Positions 32,701 through 42,372 of a stretch of 55,730 nt of DNA are shown piece after piece (position 1 is the stretch's first letter; each line of letters starts with the position of its first letter). This DNA comes from an uncultured Planctomycetota bacterium (GTDB lineage Bacteria; Planctomycetota; PUPC01): the NCBI GenBank assembly GCA_964505325.1, contig CAZDHT010000004.1, positions 1 through 55,730 of the forward strand, written 5' to 3'. The notes under the pieces were generated by a model. It was given only the letters and a program-made list of their open reading frames with translations, had not been told where the DNA came from and searched no databases. The position numbers and the translations under genes were made by a program.

Positions 32701-35294
32701 GCGCACTGCGGCGGGCAACGGTATTGGCGGCGTTTGCATGGGCCGCGGTCACCCTGCCGCCGGCCTGGGCGGACCAGCCCAAGCCTGTCCGGTGGTGGAA
32801 CCAGGACTGGAAATATCGCAAGATCGTGCGGGTGAAGTTCCCGAAGCAGGGCAACGACATGCCGGTGAACTTCTTCGAGCCGTCGAAACTCCTGGGCGAG
32901 AGGACACTCACCGGGCGGATCACCATCATGATTGAAGGCCGGACCAGCCGGCCGGGCAAGGAGGTAGTGGTGATCGACTCCGCGGGGAGCCTGGTGCCGG
33001 CCCGGGCCTACGCCAGCGGCTGGGACCAACAGGTCACCGTGCTTTTCAAGGCGCAGCCGAAGACCGCCGACTACTACCTCTACTACGGCAACCCCAAGGC
33101 TGACCGCACGCGCCTCGACTGGCGGGGACGAAGCGCGTATCCGATCATGATGGCTACAGTGCCCGTGAACGACGCTGGCGCGATCGAGACCCCCGCCCGC
33201 GCTTGCAGGGCTATCCTCAAGGTCCCGGAAGTCAAGACCCGGATGGGGGCGTATTCCGTCAACAACTCCCGGAACCTGTTCGGGCTCCAGCCGGGCCTCA
33301 TTTACATCACGCTCTACTCGGGGCTGATCTACGCCCCGACCGACGGGACCTATGAGTTCGCGATCAACGCCGGCGGCACCGCGCACTTCCTCATCGACGG
33401 GTCACTCATCCTCACTGTCCGCGGCGGCTCGAGGCCCGCCAAAACATGGAAGCATAAGGCCGCGGTCAAGCTGACCGAGGGCGTGCACAACTTCACCATA
33501 CTGCACGGCGAGAGAAGCACCGCACAGGGCATCCATATGGGCTGGCGCAAGCCCGACCAGCTCAGGATTGCACTGATGACCGGGAGCGCGTTCGCGCGGA
33601 GCAATTACACACCGGCCAGAGTAGTGGGGCTCGAGGAGCTGGGCAAAGAGGTCACGCCCTTCTTCACGTTCGAGCGACCCACGGAGGCGTTCACCCTCGC
33701 CAGCGGCGAGGCCGTGGCGCACGTCAAGCTGAACAACCTCACCCGCGGCGACGGGCTCCGGTACCGGTGGAAGGTTGGCGCCCTGTCCTTCACCCGGCGT
33801 TCGCCGCGCTGTTTTGTCCCTGCCGGGCGTGAGAACCCGATCACGCTCGAGGTGTTCAAGGGCGGCAGATCGGTGGGCACCTACACGCGTCCTCTCAGCC
33901 TCCGCGCCATCCAGCGCAAAAAGGGCGAGGCAACGTTTGAGCTGCTCACCTGTCCGAACGTCTGCTACGCAGGGGAACGGGCCAAACTCACGTTCCGCGT
34001 GACCAACCTGTCCGACCACTCCCTGCCGCTTCGACACGAGCGCGAGCTGTCGACCGGCAAGTCGGTCACGGGCACGATGAACATGCCGGCGCGAGGAAGG
34101 CAGCCGGTCTCCGTGGTGCTGCCCAAGATCACCGGGCGCAATTCCTGGGCTCAACTGACGCTGCGCCTGTGGCACGAGAACGTCAAACTGGGCCACGAAA
34201 CATGGCGCGTGGTCCGGCACGATTCCGGCCGGGCTGAGCTTGTGGTCAAGCCCGGCCGCCCCGTTGACGGAAAGCGGCGCCCGTACGTGGTGGTCGCCGC
34301 ACCGAAAGACATCGCCCATCAGGGCGAACACGCCACACTCACCTTCACCGTGGGCAATCTGGCCAACTATCCCGTCTCGCTCCGGTATGAGCACGAGTTG
34401 TCGACAGGCAGGTCGGTCTCGAGCTACGTCGATTTGCCGCCGAGAGACGAACAGCCGGTTCACAGCGAACTGCCCACGCCTCCCGCGGACGGCTCATTCG
34501 CCCAGGTGACGTCGCTGATGTGGCTGGCGACCGACCGGATGGGCGTGGCAACCGTCCGAGCGGTCCGGCCCGGACCCCGGCTGACCTCGCTGGCGCCCAG
34601 CCTGGGCCATCTCATTGACCGCCAGCGCGAGGGCTGTCGGACGGTCATCGTCACCGAGCTCGAAGACGAGAGCAAACTCAGGCGCTGGGCCCTGGTCAAA
34701 TGGATCGGGAGGCAGTTCAAGAGCGGTCCCACAACGATCATGCTGTTCGGCGATTCCATGCTCAACGTGACCGACAGTTCCGGAGAGGAGAGCTACGTCG
34801 AGATCCTTCGGAAGCGGCTGGCGGGCGCCGGCCGGACGCTCACGTGGGTCGAAGGCGTCCGGGACGCCATCGTGCCGTGCGTGGCGGACATCCCCGCGTT
34901 CGGCGCGGCGGTGGCGAAACACGCGCCCGACCTGGTCCTCATCTCACCCGGCAGCCGCGACGCGCTGAGAGGGATCTCGCGCCAGCAGTTCGCCCGCGCG
35001 CTCGACGTCCTCATAGACCTCGCCCGCAGCCAGGAAAACGCGCCGGGTGTCGCGATCATCTCGCCCCCGCCGCTCCTCAGCAATCCCAAGATGTCGGAAG
35101 GGCTCGCCCGCGCCGCGCGCACTATCGCCAAGCAGCATCACGTCCCATTCGTCGACATCCACAAGCTCATCATGGAAAAGGAAGGTTGGAAAAGCGCCTA
35201 CAAACAAGGCGCCGACGATGAGGTATACTATCTGTATCCCAACGCGGAGACCCACAAGGAGATCGCGGAGTCGGTCCTCGGCGAGATCGAATAG
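32697..35294 (+). CDS. secreted PA14-domain / repeated beta-sandwich / C-terminal SGNH(GDSL)-hydrolase protein
   Basis: ATGA overlap with the GT2 stop and a signal peptide (LAAFAWAAVTLPPAWA). DUF2341-like WWNQDWKYRK, a PA14-like segment (YAPTDGTYEFAINAGGTAHFLIDG), two similar internal repeats (...LSDHSLPLRHERELSTGKSV... and ...LANYPVSLRYEHELSTGRSV...), and IMLFGDSM with LISPGSRD at the C-terminus. Confidence 0.8.
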   Translation: MSALRRATVLAAFAWAAVTLPPAWADQPKPVRWWNQDWKYRKIVRVKFPKQGNDMPVNFFEPSKLLGERTLTGRITIMIEGRTSRPGKEVVVIDSAGSLVPARAYASGWDQQVTVLFKAQPKTADYYLYYGNPKADRTRLDWRGRSAYPIMMATVPVNDAGAIETPARACRAILKVPEVKTRMGAYSVNNSRNLFGLQPGLIYITLYSGLIYAPTDGTYEFAINAGGTAHFLIDGSLILTVRGGSRPAKTWKHKAAVKLTEGVHNFTILHGERSTAQGIHMGWRKPDQLRIALMTGSAFARSNYTPARVVGLEELGKEVTPFFTFERPTEAFTLASGEAVAHVKLNNLTRGDGLRYRWKVGALSFTRRSPRCFVPAGRENPITLEVFKGGRSVGTYTRPLSLRAIQRKKGEATFELLTCPNVCYAGERAKLTFRVTNLSDHSLPLRHERELSTGKSVTGTMNMPARGRQPVSVVLPKITGRNSWAQLTLRLWHENVKLGHETWRVVRHDSGRAELVVKPGRPVDGKRRPYVVVAAPKDIAHQGEHATLTFTVGNLANYPVSLRYEHELSTGRSVSSYVDLPPRDEQPVHSELPTPPADGSFAQVTSLMWLATDRMGVATVRAVRPGPRLTSLAPSLGHLIDRQREGCRTVIVTELEDESKLRRWALVKWIGRQFKSGPTTIMLFGDSMLNVTDSSGEESYVEILRKRLAGAGRTLTWVEGVRDAIVPCVADIPAFGAAVAKHAPDLVLISPGSRDALRGISRQQFARALDVLIDLARSQENAPGVAIISPPPLLSNPKMSEGLARAARTIAKQHHVPFVDIHKLIMEKEGWKSAYKQGADDEVYYLYPNAETHKEIAESVLGEIE

Positions 35295-35309
35295 CTCACG
35301 GAGAAGCGC

Positions 35310-36302
35310 GTGGGGCAATACAAGGGCGCGTACGAGTTCTTCGATGCCGCGCGAATCAGCCCATATCCGATCGCTGAACGGCCGAACAAGGTCACCCTCG
35401 ACAACCTGGTCCGCCTCGACGGCCTGACCGTACCGGACCGCTTGATGGACGATGCGGCCTTGGTTGCGGTCGCTGAAGCCATCGCCGACGCCCGCACGAA
35501 GGGCAACCCGGTCATCCTGTTCATCGGTGCGCATCCCGTGAAGCTGGGGCTGTCGCCCATCGTGCTCGACCTGATGGAACGCGGGGCGCTGACACACGTC
35601 GCCGGGACCGGCGCCACGGCCATCCATGACTTCGAGCTGGCGCTGATCGGAGAAACCAGCGAGAACGTACCCAACGCCCTCCCTCACGGCCGGTTCGGCA
35701 TGGCGCGGGAAACGGGCCATTACATGAATGCCGCCATCGTGGCGGGGTTCCAGCGCGGGCTGGGCCTGGGCGAATCCCTGGGCCGCCTCATCCTGGGCGA
35801 GCCGATGCCGGAACGGGTGGAGTGCCGGCACCCCGAGGTGAGCATTTTCGCCGCCGGCGTCCGCCTCGGCATCCCGGTCACCGTTCACGTAGGCATCGGC
35901 ACCGACATCATCGACCAGCATCCCGGGTTCGACGGCGCCGCGAAGGGCGGGACGAGCGGGTTCGACTTCGGCGTCTACGTGGCCTCCGTCGCAAAGCTGA
36001 CCGGCGGCGGCGTCGTGCTAAACGTCGGCTCGGCTGTGACCGGGCCCGAGGTGTTCCTCAAGGCCGTGTCGATGGCGGCCAATGTCGGGTCGCCGCCGAA
36101 GGGGATCGTCACGGCGAACTTCGACATGCGCCCCGTCGTGTCCAAGGACGTCGCCGACGAAGACAAGCCGACGTACTACTTCCGCGACAACAAGAGTATC
36201 GTCACCCGCATCCCGGCCGCGTTCGGCGGGACCGGCCATTACGTCTGCGGGCATTTCAGGCAAACCCTCCCGGCCTTTTACGAGAAGCTGATTCGCAGCT
36301 AG
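35310..36302 (+). CDS. conserved hypothetical protein, possibly deoxyhypusine-synthase-like Rossmann fold
   Basis: 330-aa ORF with GTG start and GGAGAAG upstream. VILFIGAHPVKLGLSPIVLDLMERGALTHVAGTGATAIHDFE loosely resembles the DHS NAD-binding core. This assignment is from memory only. Confidence 0.4.
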   Translation: MGQYKGAYEFFDAARISPYPIAERPNKVTLDNLVRLDGLTVPDRLMDDAALVAVAEAIADARTKGNPVILFIGAHPVKLGLSPIVLDLMERGALTHVAGTGATAIHDFELALIGETSENVPNALPHGRFGMARETGHYMNAAIVAGFQRGLGLGESLGRLILGEPMPERVECRHPEVSIFAAGVRLGIPVTVHVGIGTDIIDQHPGFDGAAKGGTSGFDFGVYVASVAKLTGGGVVLNVGSAVTGPEVFLKAVSMAANVGSPPKGIVTANFDMRPVVSKDVADEDKPTYYFRDNKSIVTRIPAAFGGTGHYVCGHFRQTLPAFYEKLIRS

Positions 36303-36332
36303 CCTCCGCTCTCCGGCCACGGGAGTTCGAGA

Positions 36333-36950
36333 ATGAAAAAGGGATTGCCGGCGGCGGCCGTCATCATCCTCAGTGCCGTCGCGTGCCAGGCGGCGGAGCC
36401 GATCCCGCCCGTTCCGGACGAGAAGACCGTCGTCCTGCGGCTGGTCGACGCGCTCGCCACGGGCGGGGAGAACGTCGCCTGGCGCGCCGCGAAGCAGTTG
36501 GAGCGTCACCCCAAGCTGGCCGGGCCGCTGCTCCGCGAGCGGCTTGAGGACCCGAAGCTCCCGAACTGGACGATCGCCGCGAACGCTCTTGCCGGCATCG
36601 CGCCGGACGAGTTCAAGGCGCTGGAGGCGAAGCTCGGCAAGAAACGGCCTGCCCTGACCACCCGCTACCACCTCTGGCGGCTCGCCCAGAACAAGTCGTG
36701 GTCGTGGGACCCCTTTGCCGGAGGGGACGGGAAGACGCCCGAGTCCGTGGAGCCGATCCAGGCGCTCGGGCCAGCCGCCGCAGAGGAACTCCGCCGGGCG
36801 ATGGCCGACGACCAACTCCGGCGGCACGCCACCTGGGTCATCGGCGTCCTGAAGGTCGAGCAGGCGGTGCCGGAACTCCTGCGCCACATCCGCGATACGC
36901 GGGTCTACACGAGCGGCGGGCGGACCGGTCCGCCCCCACGGACCAATTAG
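36333..36950 (+). CDS. HEAT-repeat protein, N-terminal part with signal peptide; ends at an in-frame TAG
   Basis: MKKGLPAAAVIILSAVACQA plus HEAT/PBS-lyase-like repeats. Same reading frame as 36975..40037, with only the TAG at 36948-36950 between them. Confidence 0.7.
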   Translation: MKKGLPAAAVIILSAVACQAAEPIPPVPDEKTVVLRLVDALATGGENVAWRAAKQLERHPKLAGPLLRERLEDPKLPNWTIAANALAGIAPDEFKALEAKLGKKRPALTTRYHLWRLAQNKSWSWDPFAGGDGKTPESVEPIQALGPAAAEELRRAMADDQLRRHATWVIGVLKVEQAVPELLRHIRDTRVYTSGGRTGPPPRTN

Positions 36951-36974
36951 CTGGCCGCCGCAGCACTCGTCCAC

Positions 36975-39900
36975 ATGGGCGAGAAGGGCCGGACGGCGCT
37001 GCTCGATCACTTCGAGAAGCTTCGCTTCACCATCGCGCCGAGAACCACAGTGACGGGCCCCCGCGACGAGGCCGAGCTGATCATCGAAAGCTTCACTCAC
37101 GTCGGCGCCCAGGCCGCCATTGAGAAGGCGCTGATCCGCATGATCGACGGCGACGATCCCGCCGTCGCCGGATGGGCCCTGCGGAAGATCATCGACTGGA
37201 ACGAGCCGTCCAGCTCGACCCTTAGCAGCAGCGTCAAGTACGGGCTGCCCATTCCGTTCGCGAAGTGCGCCGCGCTGCTCGCGGAGGACGGGCCGGACCC
37301 CGGCTACCCCAGCGGCCGGGCCCGCGCCGCCGCCGGCTACCTCTCGAAATGCCTGGCCGAGCCGCGCGCCTGCAAGGCCTGCCTCGAACAGTTCGAGCAG
37401 CGGCGCTTCATCGACATCTTCCTCCATAACTGGACGCGGATCGGCCGTTATCCGCTCAGCGCGTCGATGACGTTCTCGTTCGACTACGCGAAGGGCATGG
37501 CAGGGCTGCGGAAGCGGATGCGCGACGTTGCACTGACCCTCTCAGAGCCGAAGCAGTTCCGGCGGCCGGGGTGGGAACGCAAGCACCGGCTCATCGCGCT
37601 GCTCGGCGGCGTCAGCGACGGATACGATCCTGCGAAGCGCGAGGAGGCTGTGCTCCGACGGCTGGAAGGGATCATGCTGGAGGACAGGCACGAGGACGTG
37701 CGGGCGCTCGCCGCCGCCGCATACGGCCGGCTGACCGAGTACCACGACCGCGCCCGAGCGTTCGACGTGTTCTCCGGCGCCGCCGAGAAGGAACTCGAAC
37801 GAGGCAAGCAGAACGACCGACAGGAGGCGCTGGTAAAAATCGTTTATCACATCCCGCGCACCCTGGGCAAGGACCCCGCGCCCGTGTTGTTGAAGGTCGC
37901 GACGTCCGCGCCCACCGACTGGCCGCGGAAGGAAGCGACGGGCCGGCTCACGCAGTTCGGCCGCTTGCCTGGCGCGTGGCCGCTGCTGACCAAGGGGAAG
38001 CCGGACACCGAGTCGTCGCTTTACTACGGATTCCATCTCCTGCCGACGGCCGCCGAGAAGGCGAACGGAGCCGACCTTGAGGCCGTCAACACTGCGCTCG
38101 GCGCCATCCTCCGCTTGGCCAACTACCCGGAGAAGCACCGCAAGTATCATCGTCACTGGCGCGGCGTCGAGCCCGACGAGGAGTCGGCGGCGCTTGCGGA
38201 ACTTGCGCTGAAGCGCTGCGTTCCCGGCGTCCTGAAGCGACTCGACAGCGCCGAGCTCCGCGTGAGCCGCTACGACTGCGACGTGGTCCGCAAGCTCCGG
38301 ATTCAGGAGGCAATCCCCGCGCTGGCGGACGGCCGGTCCCCCGCTGAAACCCTCTCGCACCTGACGCTGCCGAACGAGCACTACACCCCCCTGTTCAAGC
38401 GGGCGATGAAGGGGGACTTCTACGCCCTTCGGGCAATCTCAGGAACGGCCGACAAGCGGGCGGCGGACCTCTACCCGGTCTGGTCCGGGAAGAGCGCTGG
38501 GGCACGGTACTGGCTGGCGAAAGCGCTGCTCCGGAGCGGCGACGTGCGTGGCCTCGCGCTCTGCCGCGAGCTCGGCAAAGCCAGCATCCACTTCAGCTCG
38601 AACGAACAAGCGCTGCGAGCCATGGGCCTGCTGCGAACCGAGCGCGCCGCACAGGAGGTGGTCGCGTTCGTCAACGAGTATTCGTACCACTCGAACGCCG
38701 CGGCCGATGCGCTCGTCGCTATCGGCCGCCCGGCCGTGCCGGTCATCCTCAAGGCTCTCACCGACCCCGCATGGCCGCACGGCGGGCGCGAATACTACGA
38801 AGGAAAGCGCCGCGGCGCGCTCGTCCGGGCGCTCGGCGAGATCGGCGACGACCGCGCCGTGCCGATCCTCGTCTGGCTCTGCGGACGGAAGAACGACCAC
38901 GGGGCGCTCGCCGCGCTGATGCAGATCAACACGAAGACGGCCCGCGACGCCGTGTTCGCCCTCGCGCAGAAGGGCCGCGTCGAGCCGAGCTGGCAGATGT
39001 TCGGCTCGCTCGCGGAGTGTTTCAGGGGCGACCCGCGCGCGGCCGAGCTGTACACGCTCCTCGCCGAGCAGGCGCCGCCGGACTCGAGCGCCCGCGGCTA
39101 CGGGGCGTGCCTTGCCGCCCGGTTCACCCGGACGCCCGAGCGGACCCGCGAGCGCCTTTACAGGCTCTGGACCGGGGCGAAGAAAGAGTACTACCGCAAG
39201 GAGATCACCAAGGCGCTGAGCTGGCTGGGCGAGAAGCGCGTCGCCGCCGAGGCGTTCCCTTACGCGGCCTACGGAGGCTACCCGACCGTGGCCGGCCTGG
39301 AGATGAAGTGGGACTTCGACGCGATCGTGCGGCTCGACCGCGACGGCTTGATCCGCTACGCGAAGAAGCAGGCGGCTTCCGACGACCCTGCGACCCGGCG
39401 GCTCGGCCTGCGGCTTATCGCCCGCCTGGGGGTTCTCAAGCCGGCCGAGGTCGACGCCAGCCCGTACGGCAAGGAGCTGCGGAAGATGCTCGACGTTCCG
39501 AAGACGAACGACCGCAGTTTCGCGGCGTCCCTGCTCGCGCAGCTCAAGGCGCCCGGCATCGTCAAAGAGCTGAACCGGCGGATGAACCGGTCTCTATCCC
39601 TCGGTTCCGTGGTCGATGCCTTGGGCGAGAACGGCACGGACGAGGCGGCGGAGGTGCTGGTCGGCTTGCTCGACGATCCCGCGCGTCGAGCGGAGTTCAC
39701 CCGGAGCGACTACTGGCAGTACTTGAAGGCGCTGAGACAGAACGGCCGGCCCAAGGCGATGAGAGCCCTGCGAGGATTGCTGTACAAGGACTTGGCGGGG
39801 CAGGACGTGCCGCGCTCGCGCCGGGCGCTCGGGATGCTCGCCGAGGTGGCTCGCGGCGGCCTGCGTGACAAGCTGCTCGACTTCGCCGCGTCGGCCACGG

Positions 39901-40037
39901 GCCACCTGCGCTGCCTCTGCGTCTACGGTCTGATGAAGCACTTCGGTTACAAAGGGCCGTACGACCCGTTCGAGTCCGGGCCGAAGCTCAAGAGGATGGC
40001 CGAAGACCTGCGAGCGCACGTGCGCGCGACGGAGTGA
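36975..40037 (+). CDS. large HEAT-repeat protein (probably the continuation of 36333..36950)
   Basis: 1020-aa ORF with recurrent ...R..AA.AL..IG...AVP.L... repeats. No SD before the 36975 ATG. Frame continuity with the upstream ORF. Confidence 0.75.
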   Translation: MGEKGRTALLDHFEKLRFTIAPRTTVTGPRDEAELIIESFTHVGAQAAIEKALIRMIDGDDPAVAGWALRKIIDWNEPSSSTLSSSVKYGLPIPFAKCAALLAEDGPDPGYPSGRARAAAGYLSKCLAEPRACKACLEQFEQRRFIDIFLHNWTRIGRYPLSASMTFSFDYAKGMAGLRKRMRDVALTLSEPKQFRRPGWERKHRLIALLGGVSDGYDPAKREEAVLRRLEGIMLEDRHEDVRALAAAAYGRLTEYHDRARAFDVFSGAAEKELERGKQNDRQEALVKIVYHIPRTLGKDPAPVLLKVATSAPTDWPRKEATGRLTQFGRLPGAWPLLTKGKPDTESSLYYGFHLLPTAAEKANGADLEAVNTALGAILRLANYPEKHRKYHRHWRGVEPDEESAALAELALKRCVPGVLKRLDSAELRVSRYDCDVVRKLRIQEAIPALADGRSPAETLSHLTLPNEHYTPLFKRAMKGDFYALRAISGTADKRAADLYPVWSGKSAGARYWLAKALLRSGDVRGLALCRELGKASIHFSSNEQALRAMGLLRTERAAQEVVAFVNEYSYHSNAAADALVAIGRPAVPVILKALTDPAWPHGGREYYEGKRRGALVRALGEIGDDRAVPILVWLCGRKNDHGALAALMQINTKTARDAVFALAQKGRVEPSWQMFGSLAECFRGDPRAAELYTLLAEQAPPDSSARGYGACLAARFTRTPERTRERLYRLWTGAKKEYYRKEITKALSWLGEKRVAAEAFPYAAYGGYPTVAGLEMKWDFDAIVRLDRDGLIRYAKKQAASDDPATRRLGLRLIARLGVLKPAEVDASPYGKELRKMLDVPKTNDRSFAASLLAQLKAPGIVKELNRRMNRSLSLGSVVDALGENGTDEAAEVLVGLLDDPARRAEFTRSDYWQYLKALRQNGRPKAMRALRGLLYKDLAGQDVPRSRRALGMLAEVARGGLRDKLLDFAASATGHLRCLCVYGLMKHFGYKGPYDPFESGPKLKRMAEDLRAHVRATE

Positions 40038-40070
40038 TTCCCGCCCGCTTTCCCGGCACCGGCGGCAATT

Positions 40071-41096
40071 CTATTCGAACAGGTTCTTCTGTGCGGATTT
40101 GGGCGGCGTGAGGCCGAGGTGTCCGAACGCGCTCTTCGTGGCGCGGCGGCCCTTGCTCGTCCGGTTGAGCAGCCCGATGCGGAGGAGGTACGGCTCGACG
40201 ACGTCTTCGAGGGTCCCGCGCTCCTCGTTGAGGGTGGCGGCGAGGGCCTCGATCCCGACCGGCCCGCCGTCGTAGAATTCGGCGATGGTGCGGAGGAACC
40301 GCCGGTCGAGTTCGTCGAGCCCGAGCACGTCCACGCCGAGCATATCGAGCGCCTGGTTGGCGAGTTCGAGCGTGATGCGGCCGTCGCTCTTGACCTGGGC
40401 GAAGTCGCGGACCCGCTTGAGATAGTTGTTGGTGATGCGCGGCGTGCCGCGCGAGCGGCGTGCGATCTCGCGCGCCGAATCGTCGTCGATTGGCACCCCG
40501 AGCAGCTTGGCCGACCGCTTCACAATCGCCTCCAGGTGCTCAGGCCTGTAGAACTCGACGTGGTGGAAGATGGCGAACCGCTCCCGCAATGGCTTCGACA
40601 GCAAGCCCGACTTGGTGGTCGCCCCGACGATCGTGAAGTCCTTCAACGGCACCTTGATCGTCTTGGCGAACGCTCCGCGATCCACGACGAACTGGACCTC
40701 ACGGTCCTCCATCGCCGGGTAGATGAACTCCTCGACCGCGACAGGCAGGCGATGAATCTCGTCGATCAGCAGCACGTCCTTGTCGCCCAAGCTGGTCAGT
40801 ATGCCCATCAGGTCACCGGTCCGAGTAAGCGCGGGCCCGGAGGATTGCGCGAGACTCGAACCGATCTCGTTGGCGATCGCGTGGGCGATGGTGGTCTTCC
40901 CCAGGCCGGGCGGCCCGTCGAGCAGGACGTGTTCGAGCGCCTCGCCGCGCTCCGTTGCCGCTGCCAACGCGATCCGCAGCGGCTCGAGCTGGTCCGACAG
41001 CCCGATCATCTCGTCGAGGGTGCGCGGCCGCAGCGTCAGGTTAAACCGCTCGTCGTCAGCGGAGAGCGGCCCGGGATCGACAATTCTCTTTCGCAT
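40071..41096 (-). CDS. ruvB: Holliday junction branch-migration helicase RuvB
   Basis: GPPGLGKTT Walker A, DEIHRL, and RuvB-like sequence throughout. Confidence 0.95.
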   Translation of the reverse strand: MRKRIVDPGPLSADDERFNLTLRPRTLDEMIGLSDQLEPLRIALAAATERGEALEHVLLDGPPGLGKTTIAHAIANEIGSSLAQSSGPALTRTGDLMGILTSLGDKDVLLIDEIHRLPVAVEEFIYPAMEDREVQFVVDRGAFAKTIKVPLKDFTIVGATTKSGLLSKPLRERFAIFHHVEFYRPEHLEAIVKRSAKLLGVPIDDDSAREIARRSRGTPRITNNYLKRVRDFAQVKSDGRITLELANQALDMLGVDVLGLDELDRRFLRTIAEFYDGGPVGIEALAATLNEERGTLEDVVEPYLLRIGLLNRTSKGRRATKSAFGHLGLTPPKSAQKNLFE

Positions 41097-41097
41097 G

Positions 41098-41761
41098 TCA
41101 GCGTTCCCGGCCCTGGGCGTGGATTCTGAAGATCTCGCTGATCAGCTCCTGCGACGACTCGATCTCCGCACCGGACGCGATGGCCTGACTGATCATCGCT
41201 TCCGCCTCGACGGCCGAGTACTGAAGCTGGTTGACGAGGATCTGCATCGTCTCCGAGCGCACATCCGGCTCCAGCTCGCCGACCGCTTCCACTTCGAGCG
41301 GCTCACCCCCGCGCATCAGGGCGAACTTCTGACACTTGCCGCGGAGCTCCGCCACGATCTTCTCCGCACTGCGGCGGCCAATCTCGGGCAACTCGCACAG
41401 CGCCGAATGCTCGGCATTCTCGATCGCCAGGGCGAACCGCTTCGTCGAAATCGTCAACGACTTGAGCGCCTTCTTCGGCCCCAGCCCCTTGACACTGGTG
41501 AGCAGCCGGAAGAACTCGCGGTCCATCGGGTCCACGAAGCCCAACAGGCGAGGGATCATCGAGCCGCCGGTCGGGCCGCCCTCGATGTACTCGAGCGTGT
41601 GAAGCGTCAACTCGGTCCCGGCCGCCCCGTGCTGCCGCAGCTTGAGCGCCAGCCCGCTGGGCACGAGCACTTCGTAGCCCAGCCCGCCGTTCTCCAGGGT
41701 GATGGCGTCGTCGCGGATCTCGGTAACCGTACCGGTGATCTTCGCTATCACTTCCGTCTCC
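41098..41761 (-). CDS. ruvA: Holliday junction DNA-binding protein RuvA
   Basis: (V)IAKITGTVTEI...GYEV...F..L..V.G.GPK.AL. The GTG at 41761 is preferred over the long track ORF to 41967. Confidence 0.88.
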
Positions 41762-42266
41762 CGGCGATTGCTGGTGGCTTGCCCGCCGTGTTGAGGTGAC
41801 ACAGCGCAACCGCCAGCGCGTCGGCCACGTCCGGCGGCTCCGGCACTTGGCCGAGCCCCAGCATCACCTCGATCATCCGCTGCACCTGGCGCTTGGTCGC
41901 GTGGCCGTTGCCGGTGAGCGACCGCTTGACCATCGTGGCCGAATAGCTGGCGACCGGGATACCGCACTTGGCGGCGGCCAGCAAGATCGCCCCACGGGCG
42001 TGGCCCATCAGGATCGCCGTCCGCGGGTGCTTATAGTGCGCGTATAACTTCTCGATCGCCGCGGCCTCCGGCTTCGCCTCCTCGAACAAGGCGAGGACAT
42101 CGTCGTATATGCACCGGACGCGGTCGGGCATCGCGTCGCGCTCCCTGGTGGAAACGATGCCCGCCTCGACCAGCGAGAACACTCGACCGCTGCCCTCGAC
42201 AATGCCGTAGCCGGTGATCTTCAGGCCGGGATCAACGCCGACCACTCGCAAGTCCCGTTTCTCCAC
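41748..42266 (-). CDS. ruvC: crossover junction endodeoxyribonuclease RuvC
   Basis: VVGVDPGLKITGYGIV, ...EKLY...P.TA...GHARG.... Confidence 0.93.
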   Translation of the reverse strand: MEKRDLRVVGVDPGLKITGYGIVEGSGRVFSLVEAGIVSTRERDAMPDRVRCIYDDVLALFEEAKPEAAAIEKLYAHYKHPRTAILMGHARGAILLAAAKCGIPVASYSATMVKRSLTGNGHATKRQVQRMIEVMLGLGQVPEPPDVADALAVALCHLNTAGKPPAIAGRRK

Positions 42267-42372
42267 AACTCGGCTGAAGGAGCCCCTGCCGGACGCATTC
42301 TAGCAAACGCCCCGCGCGGCCGTCAAAGCTTTTCGCGCGCGGCGGGCGACTGGCCCAGGCCCGATCAGCCGC

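Noticed and set aside
36975-36977. ATG at 36975 as an independent gene start
   Set aside because: There is no SD. It is in the same frame as the upstream HEAT ORF, and the repeat pattern continues across the TAG. This is more likely one interrupted gene.
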